64,000 nucleotides of DNA from Octopus vulgaris (lineage: Eukaryota): NCBI GenBank assembly GCA_951406725.2, contig OX597819.1:60822001-60886000 (forward strand), given 5' to 3'. Below, piece after piece: positions 1-14,072 of the stretch. Positions within the stretch are counted from its first letter, which is position 1. Each line of letters begins with the position of its first letter. The position numbers were made by a program, and so were the translations under genes. Below the pieces are notes generated by a model. It was not told where the DNA came from, did no database searches, and saw only the letters and a list, made by a program, of their open reading frames with translations.

Positions 1-290
1 CTTACTGAAAAATACACAAATACACACACACGCACAAAGATGTACATTGACACTAACAAGTACACATATACACACGGATATGCACACTCACACACACGTA
101 CATACACAAACAGAAAAACACACGGACGCAAACGCACACTTGCACGCACGGCTGTGCGCTCACATATACATACGAATACAGAAAAATACATACACACAGA
201 CACACACACAAACAGACATACACAAACATACACAGACATACACAAACACAGACAAACACACACGTACACACACCTACACTCATGAACACT
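1..290. repeat. Degenerate (CA)/(CATA)-type microsatellite
   Basis: Low-complexity AC-rich run; the overlapping HT/CV ORFs are artefacts. Confidence 0.9.
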
Positions 291-748
291 CTTACTCATG
301 GATGCGCAATTACATTTACACGGACAGACAAACACAGACGCTAAAGCATACATCGACGAAATATTGTTAAAACATGTGAAAGAAACGGCGATAAGTAAAT
401 ATAAGGTTGGAAGAGCGGATTACATTATCTCTGGTCATTTAGTGTTGACAGTTCGGTGTATACAGCGAGAAGTGAGAAGACTCTGGTGAGAAGAAACATG
501 ATAAACGATGTTTTCCGTTGGCAGTAAGGAAATAAATGGATAACAGTCGTGAAAGCATGTCACCCCGACTGGTTGTATGAAATGATGCTGTTGTCACATC
601 TCAAATGTCTTTTAACAACCTCTGACTTAGCTAAATACCAGACACCTAGCCACCTCAGAACAGCATTCCCCACGCCACTTCTGAACACGTCATCTTTGCC
701 ACTAATCTCGTTGTCTTGGAATACATGGGTGTCGGTCGAAGTTATATG

Positions 749-818
<70 letters not shown>

Positions 819-839
819 TGCAAGCCATGCGACGACGTA

Positions 840-1417
840 GGCGGCGAGCTGGCAGAAACGTTAGCACGTCGGACGAAATGCGTTGTGGTATTTCGTCCGC
901 CATTACGTTCTGAGTTCAAATTCCGCCGAGGTCGACTTTGCCTTTCATCCTTTCGGGGTCGATAAATTAAGTACCGGTTACGCACTGGGGTCGATGTAAT
1001 CGACTTAATCCCTTTCTCTGTCCTTGTTTGTCCCCTCTGTGTTCAGCCTCTTGTAGGTGGTAAAGAAATAGGTATTTCGTCTGCCGCTACGTTCTGAGTT
1101 GAAATTCCGCCGAGGTCGACTTTGCCTTTCGTCCTTTCGGGGTCGATTAAATAAGTACCAGTTACGCACTGGGGTCGATATAATCGACTTAATCCGTTTG
1201 TCTGTCCTTGTTTATCCTCTCTGTGTTTAGCCCCTTGTGGGTAGTAAAAAAATAGGTATTTCGTCCGTCTTCACGTTCTGAGTTCAAATTCCGCTGAGGT
1301 CGACTTTACCTCTCATCCCTTCAGGGTTTCATAAAATAAGTAGCAATTGTGTCCTGGGGTCGGTGTAATCTACTAGCCCCACCACAAAATTTCAGGACTT
1401 GTGACTGTAAAAGAATT

Positions 1418-1422
<5 letters not shown>
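840..1422 (+). mobile_element. SINE-A (tRNA-derived) compound copy: one head plus three bodies
   Basis: Head GGCGGCGAGCTGGCAGAAACGTTAG (A box), B box GAGTTCAAATTCC, central GCCTTTCATCCTTTCGGGGTCGATAAATTAAGTACC. The body restarts at GGTATTTCG at 1071 and 1255. The first two units end in the CCCCTTGTGGG...AAAGAAATA tail; the last ends in the older tail running into (ATT)n. Confidence 0.9.
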
Positions 1423-1458
<36 letters not shown>

Positions 1459-1871
1459 GAGTGAGAGAGCAGTTCATGCCATCAAAGTGACACTGGGGTA
1501 AAATATACGAAGCCCGATATACCCATCATGACTACCCGTCTGATAAGGGTACACCAGGCACATGCATCACAACCATATGTGCGCGACACGGTGATCTCAT
1601 ATCGAGATAAACAGCACATGACCTTGCAGGTGGGGCCCAGTTAGAATTTTCTTCAGGTTGAGTAGCCCATCCCGCTCAAAAGGTCCCCGAATAAGGGTTG
1701 TTTAAGGATGTTGAAAGAACCACCCATGTTTCCAGAGGTGAATTATTCAAATCCCAAACAATCCCTCTCAACACATGGCTATGATGCTCCCCCACTACTT
1801 CTGCTCGTGATCAGAGATGCACTTATCGTCAGCCACTAAGGGACATGCTCAATTGGTTAAAGTCAAACAAC
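1459..1871 (-). mobile_element. Unclassified interspersed element inserted in (AAT)n, probably a non-LTR 3' end or SINE
   Basis: About 410 bp of complex sequence bounded on both sides by (ATT)n; no ORF; strand inferred from the (AAT)n tail. Confidence 0.5.
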
Positions 1872-1901
1872 TATTATTATTATTATTATTATTATTATTA
1901 T

Positions 1902-2211
1902 GTTTTTTCCTTCTTTCTTCAAATTTTCTTCCGTTTCTCGCCGAGTGTTTTCCATACACCTAGGGCAGAAAAGGGCATTGTATGCATTCCCAGATTACAC
2001 ACGCAAATTCACAGATAAAATATGTATTTAAAAATTATTAAATTCATGGATGGATGTTATTTTCACAGCGATAGTGCTCTTCTCAGTACATGAGCTTTTC
2101 CAGTTAATACGATTTTTTGCACTTCCTGTAGGGATGGTAAGCCTGGAATCATTTTCAAATAGGTTTCAGTACCTTTTTTATCATTCCTAGAGATCCTACA
2201 ATCACTGGTAC
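1902..2211 (-). mobile_element. 5'-truncated R4/Dong-clade non-LTR retrotransposon (RLE C-terminus plus 3' UTR)
   Basis: Minus strand reads VPVIVGSLGMIKK/GTETYLKMIPGLPSLQEVQKIVLTGKAHVLRRALSL* (one frameshift), the typical R4/Dong C-terminal motif. Flanked by (AAT)n on both sides, the known Dong target. Confidence 0.8.
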
Positions 2212-2289
<78 letters not shown>

Positions 2290-2304
2290 AAAGGAAAAGA
2301 AAGA

Positions 2305-2756
2305 AGCGGTGAGCTGGCAGAGTCGTTTGCACGCTGGACGAAATGCTAGGCAGTATTTCGCTCGTCGTTACGTTCTGAGTTCAAATTCCGCCGAGGTCGA
2401 CTTTGCTTTTCATCTTTTTGGGTTCGATAAATTAAGTACCAGTGAAATTCTGGGGTCGGTGTAATCAACTAGTCCCCTCCCACCAAAACTTCAGCCTTTG
2501 CATCTATAATAGAAAGGATTATTATATAATAGAAAAGGGCGTCGAGCAAGCAGAATCGTTAGAACGCCGGGAAAATGCTCTGTGGTATTTCGCTCGTCTT
2601 CACGTTGTGAGTTCAAATTTCGCCGAGGTCGACTTTGCCTTTCATCCTTTCGGGGTCGATAAATTAAGTACCAGTTACGCGCTGGGGTCGAGGTAATCGA
2701 CTTAATCTCTTATCCCAAATTTGAAGCCTTGTGTTTTCAGTAGAAAGGATTATTAT
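2305..2756 (+). mobile_element. Two adjacent SINE-A copies (old tail type)
   Basis: Heads at about 2305 and 2537, each with B box, central domain and a ...TAGAAAGGATTATT tail. Confidence 0.85.
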
Positions 2757-3349
2757 GTGAAAGGAATTATTATTATCATCTAGATTGCTAGACAATACTC
2801 ACAGCCTCTACCAACTCTTACATTCTATCGGGGTAGTTTGAGAACAGCTCTAGGCGTCGTCGAGAACTTTTAAGTCGGATATTGTGGACAACTTTCAAAT
2901 GTTCTTGGCATTGGCAGTGCTATCTGTTCGAGATAAGCTATTCAGACACGGAAGTGCCAAAAACTGAAATTGTCCCGGATGTTGCACAGCATGCACGGTG
3001 TCGTTAAATATTCGTGTATTACTGGTTTGTAGGCTTTTGACAAACAACTGCAGCCGTCTGTAGGACGAATACGGTTATCAACCGATTCTATAGTGAAAAT
3101 TGACGTGTCACCTTCCTTTGGCAAGAAAGCGCGGTTCGTCATCCTCTGCCCCCTGGCTATGGCAAAAGAAACGGTAGAGCGGGCTCGACCAAAAAGTTTG
3201 AAGACAGGCATGTTCTTCTGTGGTTAAACTTCGATCAACTTCTTCAAGTAGTTCTTGAAAAGAAAGGTGAGGGTAGAGGAGAAGAAGCTACTATAATAGA
3301 AGGCAAGGTTTACGATATCGGAAGAATATCGTCTTCTTCCATCAGCTTT

Positions 3350-3965
3350 TGTTCTTCGTGCAGTTCGGGCTAACGGCAGGCAAAGAGAGAAGACTTCAAG
3401 TACAAATGCAATTTACAACTGGTTTTATTTACAGGTTTCTACAGGATAGGTGAAGTGTGCTGCTCTCAGCAACCACCTTAAGCTGTGTGCGTTGTGTAGT
3501 AGCTCCGTCAGTGTGGGCGCATTGCCTCTGGAGATACACATGCAGAAAACTTCAGCCAGTGGTGGTGTTCAGCCAGCGCTGCTGTGAGGTGGCGCCAAAA
3601 AGAGAGAGATCTAAATCGGGTCTTCCGTTTATATAGTTCTCCATCGCGAGCCTCGTTGTGATCTCGCGGATGGCAAATGGATGTAGGTGCGGTCTCGCTC
3701 TAGTCTCGGAGATGGCAATGACTGCCGCGAGATCTCATCCAATATGGCGCTGGCTGCTTGTGCCGCTACACTACCTTGTGTATTTACAGAAAAGTGTATG
3801 AGAGTGGCAAGAATGGTGAGTCTGTATGGGCCTACTCTGAGCATGCTTTTCTAAGTAAGGTAAGAGAAGCAACCTTAGAGATGGCAGAATTACCCGGTCT
3901 CTCTTGTGCAGTTTCTCCCGAATTGCTCTAAATTTCTTGTTGCACCGGAACGAATACCGAAAACA
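3350..3965 (-). mobile_element. Candidate LTR (about 616 bp)
   Basis: TG...CA ends with a short terminal inverted repeat (TGTTCTTCG / CGAAAACA). On the minus strand, TATATAAA (~3630) is followed about 200 nt later by AATAAA (~3425). No matching TSD or clear PBS/PPT. Confidence 0.45.
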
Positions 3966-4329
3966 TTCTGTCCGACAGCCTAATGATTAATCCATTTGGC
4001 CTCCACACACACACAGGCACACTCACCCACCCACACGCATACACACACATATACGCATGCACGCACACACACACACACACACAGACACACACGCATACAC
4101 ACAGCACGCACGCATGCACACCACTCGCTACTCGCTTGCGCTCGCGTGCACGCTTTTACGGTTAAAGTTTTAATATAAAACAATACAGGCACTTATTTTT
4201 TCAGGAATAGAGCAACAGGCTCCCCATTAAGAATTGAACCAGGTATTTATCGATTGCAGTGATACAGCTGCATGGATTACACGACAGGAAACCCTGCGTG
4301 TGTGTCTGTGTTTTGATGGATGCACGCAC

Positions 4330-4675
4330 ACACACGCAGAGGTATATACCTAAATTATATAATATACATATATGCATATACATAGATATATACACATATA
4401 TATGCATAAGCATATATGCAAACATATATATACATTCATATACATACATATATATATATACATACGCACACACGTATATACATATATACACATACAAATA
4501 CATACATATATACACGCATATATATACACGTACAGATATACATACACACATATATACACATATACTCATACAAATGCATACATATACACACACATATATA
4601 CACATACATATATAAATACACACATATACATACATGAATATGCATACACACACACTCATAGACACACACACACAT
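4330..4675. repeat. Compound (TA)/(CA)/(TACA) microsatellite
   Basis: Low-complexity run. Confidence 0.9.
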
Positions 4676-5129
4676 GTATCAAACACATCACCAATGGAAA
4701 AGTAACAGAAGTGAAATACAAAACAAGGATTTTGTTTATATTTAAACAGATATTTAAAATAGCAACATACCGTTTCGCTTAAACTGTTACATTATATTGC
4801 CTTACATAGGACTCACAATGATTTCATTTTGATCTTCTGCTTTAATATCTCGTTTCTGCCATTTTTAGATTATCTGTCGCTCTGTTTAGTAATTCCACCC
4901 CACCCCAGAAGAAAAAAAAAACATACATCCGTTACAATTCCTCATAAATTAAAGGATTTATGTATATGTTCCTACAGGTCTCACCTCAAACAATTTTTCT
5001 TTATTTCATCTCAAACTGTTAAATTTCATCGTAATATTTGATTGATTACTCCCCCATTTCTTGTTTTAATTCCATCACTGGCAACCAGCATTGAACATCG
5101 CTTTAACAGTCTCCATGGAAGCATCACTG

Positions 5130-5166
<37 letters not shown>

Positions 5167-6552
5167 TCATGTATCGTATTTCATCTCATCTACTTCACAA
5201 AACTCCATTTTTTTGTATTTTTTCCATTGTTACTTTTATTATTTTTGTTACTTCTGTCTTTGAAATTTAGTCGAATTCTTGCGTGATATCATTTAGTGGA
5301 AATGTTCCAAAATATCATTGATATTGCGTTGCGTTCCTCTCTTTAATCGAACAGTTTTAATGGAACGCTCTACCTGGCTGGCATTCTTCATCGATTCTAA
5401 GCCATTATTCTTAGTCATCTCCCTACCGTTCCCTAAATCCTTAAACATCCAACTCCCACCCATTACCACTACCTTAATTCTGCAGATTATCATTCATATT
5501 GCATGGATTGTTGTTTGTTAATGCTATCCAAAATAGATCGTGCTTTAAAAAGGAAGTTTTAAGTTCAGCAACAGCGTACTAACAACCACTACAGCCCCAG
5601 AAACAGCAACAGCAGCAGCAGCAGTTATAGCAGTTACGTCATCTTCCTCCTCATCATCATCATCAGCAACAACAACAGCAGTAACATTATCGTCACCAGT
5701 AACATTATCGTCACCAGTAACAACAACAATAACATCTCCGATTTCATCGTTTGCGATGACAACGGCAACGACAGCAGCATCTGCACGGAAAACTGCTGCA
5801 CGCAACTGAAACACGAACGACTTTCACGATAACGGCAACGCAGCAATATTAATAACTAATAACTCTAAAAGAAACAACTACAACACTAACTCAAACAGCA
5901 AGACCACCGAGTGAGTCAAGGAAGGAACCCCTCTAAATATATAATGCTTCAGTTCATTCAGTTGTAAACAGGATATAAGCAAATCGCCGCCGTAGGCAGC
6001 GGTTGTATTGGTTGACAAGTAAGATGACTGAGAAGAATCTAGTTTAATGCAGAGCTGACTTCTACTTTTAAAGCCTCCATTTCGTATAGCGTAAAGTCTC
6101 TATTTCGTAAAGTATCAATGCTGCCAAGATGATTTTTCTCTGGGTTACGAAAGCCTCTGAATGGGTGGTCACTCAACTTACTAGATGCTTTACACTGTGC
6201 TCTATTAAATTACACGGATCTTTTCAGAAAATGTTACGGCAGAAATTGTTTTCACCTCAACAGACGTCATTGATTGGTTGAAATTGCCGAAATGCAAGAA
6301 ATTAAACAACAAATATGTTACAAACTACAGAATTTTTCTCAAGAAAGCCTAGAGAAAAAGATGTTTTATAAACACATTCTACCAGTATACGAAGTTTAAA
6401 ATATTTTAGTTACATAGAAATTATTAAAAAAATCTGCCGGTCCAATTACGCTGCATTCCACTGTGATCTAGTCCACTGCGTCTAAATACACTTCCATAGT
6501 ATTGGGATATCGTCATGACTTCTGTTGTAATTTCATTCACATCTACGATGCT

Positions 6553-6856
6553 TTGTGGACTCTCGTCTGTCGTTTACGACAGCAGACGAGGGTTGCGCAG
6601 TTTCTTGCTGAACAAACATGTGCAGATAATCTGTTTATAGTGATTATTACCACATTTGGTGAATCATACGCTGTGCATTAGCTCATCCTGTCCATCAAAT
6701 CGACGTTGTCCGGTGTACCTCAATGCCAGGTGTCGAAGTGATTGCAGAGCAACGCAAGATGAAGTATTTTGCTCAAGAACACAACGCATTGCCCGGTCTA
6801 CGAATCGAAACCATGAGCTGGCGATCATAGGTGTAACACCCTAAGCCATTACGCTA
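6553..6856 (-). mobile_element. SINE-E (tRNA head plus CORE-like TGTGTTCTTGAGCAAAA.ACTTCATCT)
   Basis: The reverse complement aligns by eye with the + copy at 36088-36378 and ends in the hairpin CTCGTCTG..CGAC..CAGACGAG. Confidence 0.7.
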
Positions 6857-8074
6857 GTGATATCAAATCAACTCCGGAACTTGACTGATACTTGACTGAT
6901 CTCGGAAGAGTGAAACGTTAAAGTTCACTTTGAAGGATGATAAAATTCTGATCGAGTAGCGGAGAAGACGAGCGGTCTATATTCTGGGAACTATTAAACT
7001 ATGTTAGTGACATAAACAACTACATTTAAAACAACTCAGTCTATCTAGCTGTAATTAGGTACCCCGCAATTGGAATAACTCGCTACTGTAGGCGGCTGGA
7101 ACGTTCGCATGTAAAACAGGCGAATGTTTCGATAACTTTCAGAACTGACTTTAAATCATCTCGTAGGAATAGCATACTCTTAAAGGTATCGGCTCTGCCT
7201 AGCTGACTTACCTTTGATATGCTGAGCCATCGTGGGAGCCTTTATGCGGTCGCACAACCTGCTAAAAATAACAACCAAATCTTACTCAAATCGCACTCTA
7301 CTGTTTTAAAAGAAGAAAAAGTATATTCGATAGTGTAGTCGTAGATATATTATGCCTGAAAAACAGGCATAATATGTGTGCCTGTGAATGTATGTATTTA
7401 TGTATATATTTATGCATGCATGTATATATGTAGATTTTTATATATGAGGGTTTTTTTTTACTGCAGTCGTCTGCTTTGAGTTTTCCCCCTCTCATTTACT
7501 TGCTCTCTCATTTCAGATAGTTTCTTTCGTTTGCTTTGATACATTCTTTGTAATACAAAACCTGAAAACGGGTTGGTCATCGACGGAATACCCTTGATCT
7601 CCTCGATTACGGCTGAACTGTGGCTAAATAACAATACTAAAAATGCTATGGAAAGTTCCTTACACCAAATGATACTCTGGAACATACTTTAGCTCTACGA
7701 TACAGTACAACCACCTAAAATGCCTTAAGCCTCACTCCTTCAATAGCTCTCAATATTTCCTAATATTTCTTCGTATATTTTTATGAAGCTTCTGAGAAGA
7801 GCAAGAAAACAAGAACATCGGCACATGGCTGATGTTCCTTTGATTAGCGTATGATTCACCAAATGTGGTAATAATGTCTCGATTTGCAAGAAGGACACTA
7901 AAGCATAATAAATGCAATGGCGTCAAAGGTGAAAATATAAATGATAAATGATCTGAAGTCGTTCATTTTCCCCGATCTGGTAGAAATGTTAAAATGCTGA
8001 ATGAACTGCGGCGTTGGGGGTAAGTTATGCATCTCTGATTTATGAGTTCCTGCGACGGTAAAATAAATAACTAA

Positions 8075-8490
8075 ATTGCCACTGTATGGCACCTTGGGCA
8101 AGTATCTTCTACTATAACCCACAACCGACCAAAGCCTTGTGAGTGGACGTGGTGGACAGAAACTGTGTGGAAGCCCAATGTGTGCGCAAGGCGGTGAACT
8201 GGCAAAATAGTTAGCTCGCCGGGAAAAGGTGGTGCTCCAGTATGGCGGTGCTTCAGCATGCCCACAGCCTTAAGGCTGAAACGTATAAAAGAATATATAT
8301 ATATGTGTTTGTGTTTTTTTCATCGCCGCTTGACAATCGGTGTTGATTTGGTTATATCCTTATAACTTAGCTCTTAGGCAAGAGTGATCCATAGAATAAG
8401 TACCAGGCTTTAAAAATTAGTACCTGGGATCAATTTGTTGGACTAAACCTTTCATGGTAGCAGTCCCATGACCGAAACAGGTAAAAACTC
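8075..8490 (+). mobile_element. SINE-B, rearranged or decayed copy
   Basis: GGCACCTTGGGCAAGT.TCTTCTACTATA, CCAAAGCCTTGTGAGTGGA and GCTTGACAA.CGG...TAGAATAAGTAC blocks shared with other SINE-B copies. Confidence 0.75.
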
Positions 8491-8833
8491 AAGGTAACTT
8501 GTATTGAAATCGAATCTATTTTATCGACTACACCTTTTCGTTACAAACCTCTGGTACTCTCTTAGAATGACGGCTCACTATTACTATGGTGGTAGGACGA
8601 AAAACCGTTGATAGCACACACACACACATGCACTCCTCACACATTATTCGCTACATTCTATAGGATGGTCTTAGTCTACAAGAATAACACTCGACTAACT
8701 ATGAAAAAAAAGCAAAAAAAAAAAAAAAGAGCAGTTACACACGTCCAAAACACTCCAAACCTTGAAGATGATGCTTTGAAATCTAGAATCGTTGATGATG
8801 TATTTAGGGAATTTATTTTTCTTTTATATATAA

Positions 8834-9217
8834 CTAGCAGTATCGCCCGGCGTTGCTCAGGTTTGTAAGGGAAATAACTATAAAGCATTTTTAGAGAGTT
8901 ATAGCCAAAAAATAGCAAAAAAATGGAAAAAAAAATGATGGTAAATTTTTTTGAGAGTTAAAACAGGTGGAGTTGCGTCCCCTAGACGGTCTGTGGTTTG
9001 GGTTTCTCATTCTCGACCCCATGTCGAATTTATCGATTTTTTCAGAACTGGGGGAACTTTTCAAAATTTTCGCTGCGTTAGTTTTGAATTATGACATTGG
9101 GCTATGTGTGTGTCAAGTTTCATCAGAATCGGTTGAAAGCCGTGGTCAGAGTGAGGGTACGAGAAAACAGACACACAGAAACACGCACAGACAAACTGCC
9201 GTTTATATAGAGAGAGA
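8834..9217 (-). mobile_element. Non-autonomous Helitron
   Basis: On the minus strand it starts 5'-TC and ends CTAG-3', with a GC-rich subterminal hairpin (CCTGAGCAACGCCGGG). Inserted between A and T with no TSD. Confidence 0.85.
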
Positions 9218-9339
9218 TAGCATTCGCTTGTCCTCCCCTTCGCTTTATGCTCCCCTCCACGTGATCCACTGGTGTTTATAGTAAGGCCTTACGGGAATCG
9301 CCTAAATATCTAAAAGTCACGGAAGGTTACCGAATTATG

Positions 9340-9430
9340 ACTGCGGTTCACTTATCGCGGTTTATTATTTAATTTTACGTCGATTCGTCTGTGGCATTGC
9401 TTTGCATTCATAATAAAATAAATATATACA

Positions 9431-9486
<56 letters not shown>

Positions 9487-9575
9487 CACAGTACAGTACT
9501 GTTTTTACTTCGCGGGTTTTCACCTATCGCGGGCGTTTCTGCAACGTAACATCTGCGATAGTCGAGGGATTACTA
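9340..9575. mobile_element. pogo/Tigger-like MITE remnant with internal (AAT)n
   Basis: Right end CGAGGGATTACTA+TA resembles a Tigger-type TIR; repeated TATCGCGG subterminal motifs; left end eroded. Confidence 0.55.
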
Positions 9576-10874
9576 TAGACACATTTTCTTCATATGGCTA
9601 TATTTGAGGTTCTTTTCTTTTTATTCATCTTACACAAAACTTATAATTACATATAGAGTGGACCTAATAAATATACACTTCGGTTAGACAATTATATATA
9701 GTGCCCAGTGAGGGTTATAGGCGTCTCGTAGTTAACATATAAATCACCAATTCACTTCTTTAAACAATTCCTGTTCATCCACTTCTTTACATGTATCTAT
9801 GTTTACACACACACACACACACACACATTAGGGATTTAAGCGAAATTATTTCAACGGGGATTATCAAACACAGTTTATTGAGAAGTTATGTTAGTTTGGC
9901 ATCATTCATTAAAATATAATAAATTAAATATAAAACACGAAAATATTTCTATTGACTTCGTACATGTCCGTATTTTAATGAATGAGGAGGTACAGAATAT
10001 TAAATCGTAGCTACATGAATGTATTAAGATGAAAAAAAAACTCAAAATTTTTGTAGGAAATTGAGTGAATTTAGAAGACAATAAAATTACAATTAAAAAG
10101 ATATAAAATATATGATCAGGAAAAGGAATACAGATGAACAATTGATAGAAAATATCTAGGCTGGGGTATGCTAGAATCAGTCGGGCAAGAATGTCTGGAC
10201 AAGCAATAAGGAGAACAGGAAACAGAAAACGTATAGTCAAAAGAATTCGTTTTTAGGTTTTGTATTATAAAAAATGTATCAAAGCAAACGAAAGAAACTG
10301 TCTGAAATGAGAGAGCAAGTAAATGGGAGGGAAAAACTCAAAGCAGACGACTGCAGTACAAAACCTCATATATAAAATCTACATATATACATGCTTGTAT
10401 AAATACATACATTCACAGACACACATATGAAAATTAAATTTGTTTTATTAAATTTCTTATATTATTAATAAAAGTATAAATGTTTTCGATGAGTAGATCA
10501 AATTGTAGCATAAAACGATAACCTAGAAATGAAATAAATAAATAATTTAATGAATGACTAAATAAATAAATAAAAACATTATCATCAGAGAAATGAGTGA
10601 AAGAGGCAAATTCGGAAACGGACAGAGAATAAAATAGTGAATTTTGATTACTGCTGAAATTTTTGCACTTTTATTAAATTTCTTATGATCTAAACGATAG
10701 AAAATCTAAATTTATACACAATACACACAATATCGATAGATAGTTATGACACAAATCTATTTGTATTGCTTATCTGGAAGTATGATTGAACAGCAGTGCA
10801 AGATTTACCGCTGTACGTACACTGGACTGTATACAGCATTCATACCGACAAAAAGATTTCCATGTAATACTTAA

Positions 10875-10961
<87 letters not shown>

Positions 10962-11305
10962 CACACATACACACACACCACACACTCTCTCACACATACA
11001 CACACATCTGTGTGTCTGTGTGGCTGTGTGTGTGTATATATATGTGATTACAGTAAAATAATCGTTTATTTAAGAAATTAAATAGATGGTTACATGCATG
11101 CATGCACTCATACATGCATACACATACAAACACGCACGCACATATATACATGCACATATACACAAACAAATAAATTCCTTTACATAGACACAGTATATAT
11201 TTGTATAAATGTGTATATATACGTACGAACGGACTTATGTGTCTATGCATGTATGTGCATACGTATACAAGCATGTATGTGTGAGTGTGTTCGTGCATGT
11301 GTGTG

Positions 11306-11845
<540 letters not shown>

Positions 11846-13239
11846 CATATATACTGTTAACAAAAGTCGGGATGCATGGCGTTCAGTTACTCCATAAATG
11901 AAAGATGCATTAAATACTACAAAATGTACACGTAGGAGAGACACCAGAACCCTAATACTTCATCACTTATCGACCGAAAAATATTAATACCTAGTTTCAT
12001 GCCTTTAACAATAAGACTAGGAACTTCGTATATCAGCGGCACCCGCAAGATTTGTGGATATCACACTAATAACGTTGCAGGATCAGTCGAGTGATCGTGG
12101 TAAAATCACAGTTTGTTAGTATCTAGCATAATCACGGCTTGTATAGAAGATACAGATGATTCGACAACTAATAAAGTTTATTAATGAATGTATGAGATAC
12201 ATTTCGTCCCATAGCGAGATCAGTAAGAAAATTCCGACGACAGTTGCTATGCAACACCATTTCGAAAGCAGTGTGTATGCATTCAGCATGCATGATCAAC
12301 AGATTGAGACACGTTTGTTCTTTTCTCTTCTCTTATTTATCCTTTCCGAAGTTTGAAAGTGTCCGAAGTTTGAAAGTGTTTAGTTACAAAAAATTATTAT
12401 TTAAATCTGTCGGTCAAACAAAGTACCAGTTATTCGATGGTATCAACTAACCCTCCCCTCAAAATGACTGACCTTGTGCCTAAATTAGATACAATTATTA
12501 TTTCTTATTATTTCTCCCAATTGACTTTTCAGATCTATTTTCGTTCTAATTTTTCTCCCTCTTAACGTTTTCCGTTAAAAAATATTTCTTATCGTCTGAA
12601 TATCATGTTTACCTTTATTTAAGTGGACACTTTTTTCCTCCTTCAGTTTGGACAACTTTTTCAGATTTTTGAGTTTAACTTCTTATCCGCATTAATTCCA
12701 CCCATTCTTATAATTATTTCCTAAATTTGATTATGTATTACTCCACTATCCATCTTCACCCACTTTATATAAGTATTTCTGCTATTGGCCTACTTTTCTA
12801 TCAAACATCAGTTCACTTTCCAATGTAAATGTCTCTCTCTCTCTCTCTTTCTCCCTATCTCTCCCTACTCCTCTTTCTCTTCTCCACTGTCTCTCATCGA
12901 CGCAGCCATTTATTTTTGATTTTCTTTGCGTTTTGCTGATAGTTATTTTTTTTAAATATTTTCACATCATCGCAACCAGTTTGTAGAATTGTTTCAAATT
13001 TGGAATTTAATGAAGTCACAGAGGAATCAGCAGACCTCTTTTAATCGAAGAGCTTGGAAACCCACCGGGATTTCGTTTATCTAAGCACGTTTTTGGGAAA
13101 CGTTAGATGCATCAACGCATACATAAGTGTACAGAAAAGAGGTATTAGTTACTAAAAGATAACTTCTGCACTTGGCTTGGACAAGTCATGGCGAGTTTCA
13201 AATCAATAAGTTATTGGAATTTGTGTATAAAAATAGGTA

Positions 13240-13495
13240 AAGAGAGAGAGAAACAGAAGGAGAGAGAGAGAAAGTGAGAGAAAGAGACAGACAGAAGGAG
13301 ACACAGAGAGAGAGAAAGAGAGACAGAAGGAGAGAGAGAGAGACAGAAGTAGAGAGAGAGAGAGAAAGAGAGAGAGACAGAAAGAAGGAGAGAGAGAGAG
13401 AAAGAGAGACAGAAGGAGAGAGAGAAAGATAAAGATAGAGAAAGAAAGAAAATATGGAGAAAGATAGAGATCTCAGGAGAAAAGAAAGATTGGAC

Positions 13496-13533
<38 letters not shown>

Positions 13534-13595
13534 GAAAGATAAAGAGAGAGTGAGAGAGTGAGAGCTAGAAAGAAATAGAGTTAGGGAAAGAGCTA

Positions 13596-13643
<48 letters not shown>

Positions 13644-13701
13644 GAGAGAACAGGTATTTATGTGCACACACATCTTTATTTTGTTATTTCGCTCTCTCTC
13701 G

Positions 13702-13743
<42 letters not shown>

Positions 13744-13760
13744 CCCCCCCCTCTCTCACA
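13240..13760. repeat. (GA)n/(GATA)n/(CTTT)n purine-pyrimidine tract
   Basis: Direct. Confidence 0.9.
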
Positions 13761-14072
13761 CACATTAACACGAACATATCTTTTGTGTGAGTTAGATTAC
13801 AAAATAACAGTAAATGAAGTCAGAGTCCCAGTTTCGATTTCCAGCTAAAAACTGGTGCTGTGTGTATAACTGGATATGGCCATCGAACGTCTGATTGAAA
13901 TCTCAAATGCGTTTCTCTATTTCCAGATTAAACTTCCGAAACATTTTGTCCCGTGTTTCAAGAATTTCTGTGCGTTACTTTTAAGTTCTTATCCACATAA
14001 ATTTCGCCCATGGCAGCGGGGTTACGATGACTCTAATCTCCTCAAGACCGTGAGTTAGCAGAATGGTTAGAG

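Noticed and set aside
5080-5520. Possible very old CR1/L2-type 3' remnant
   Set aside because: Motif similarity is too weak after decay.
5545-5846. Acidic/Ala-Val-rich ORFs (also 39168-39851)
   Set aside because: Trinucleotide (CAA/CAG/CAT) low-complexity tracts without splice or domain evidence.
6200-6445. Sequence I recall as a common octopus DNA-type repeat
   Set aside because: Single copy in the window with no TIR or TSD visible; cannot be supported from the sequence alone.
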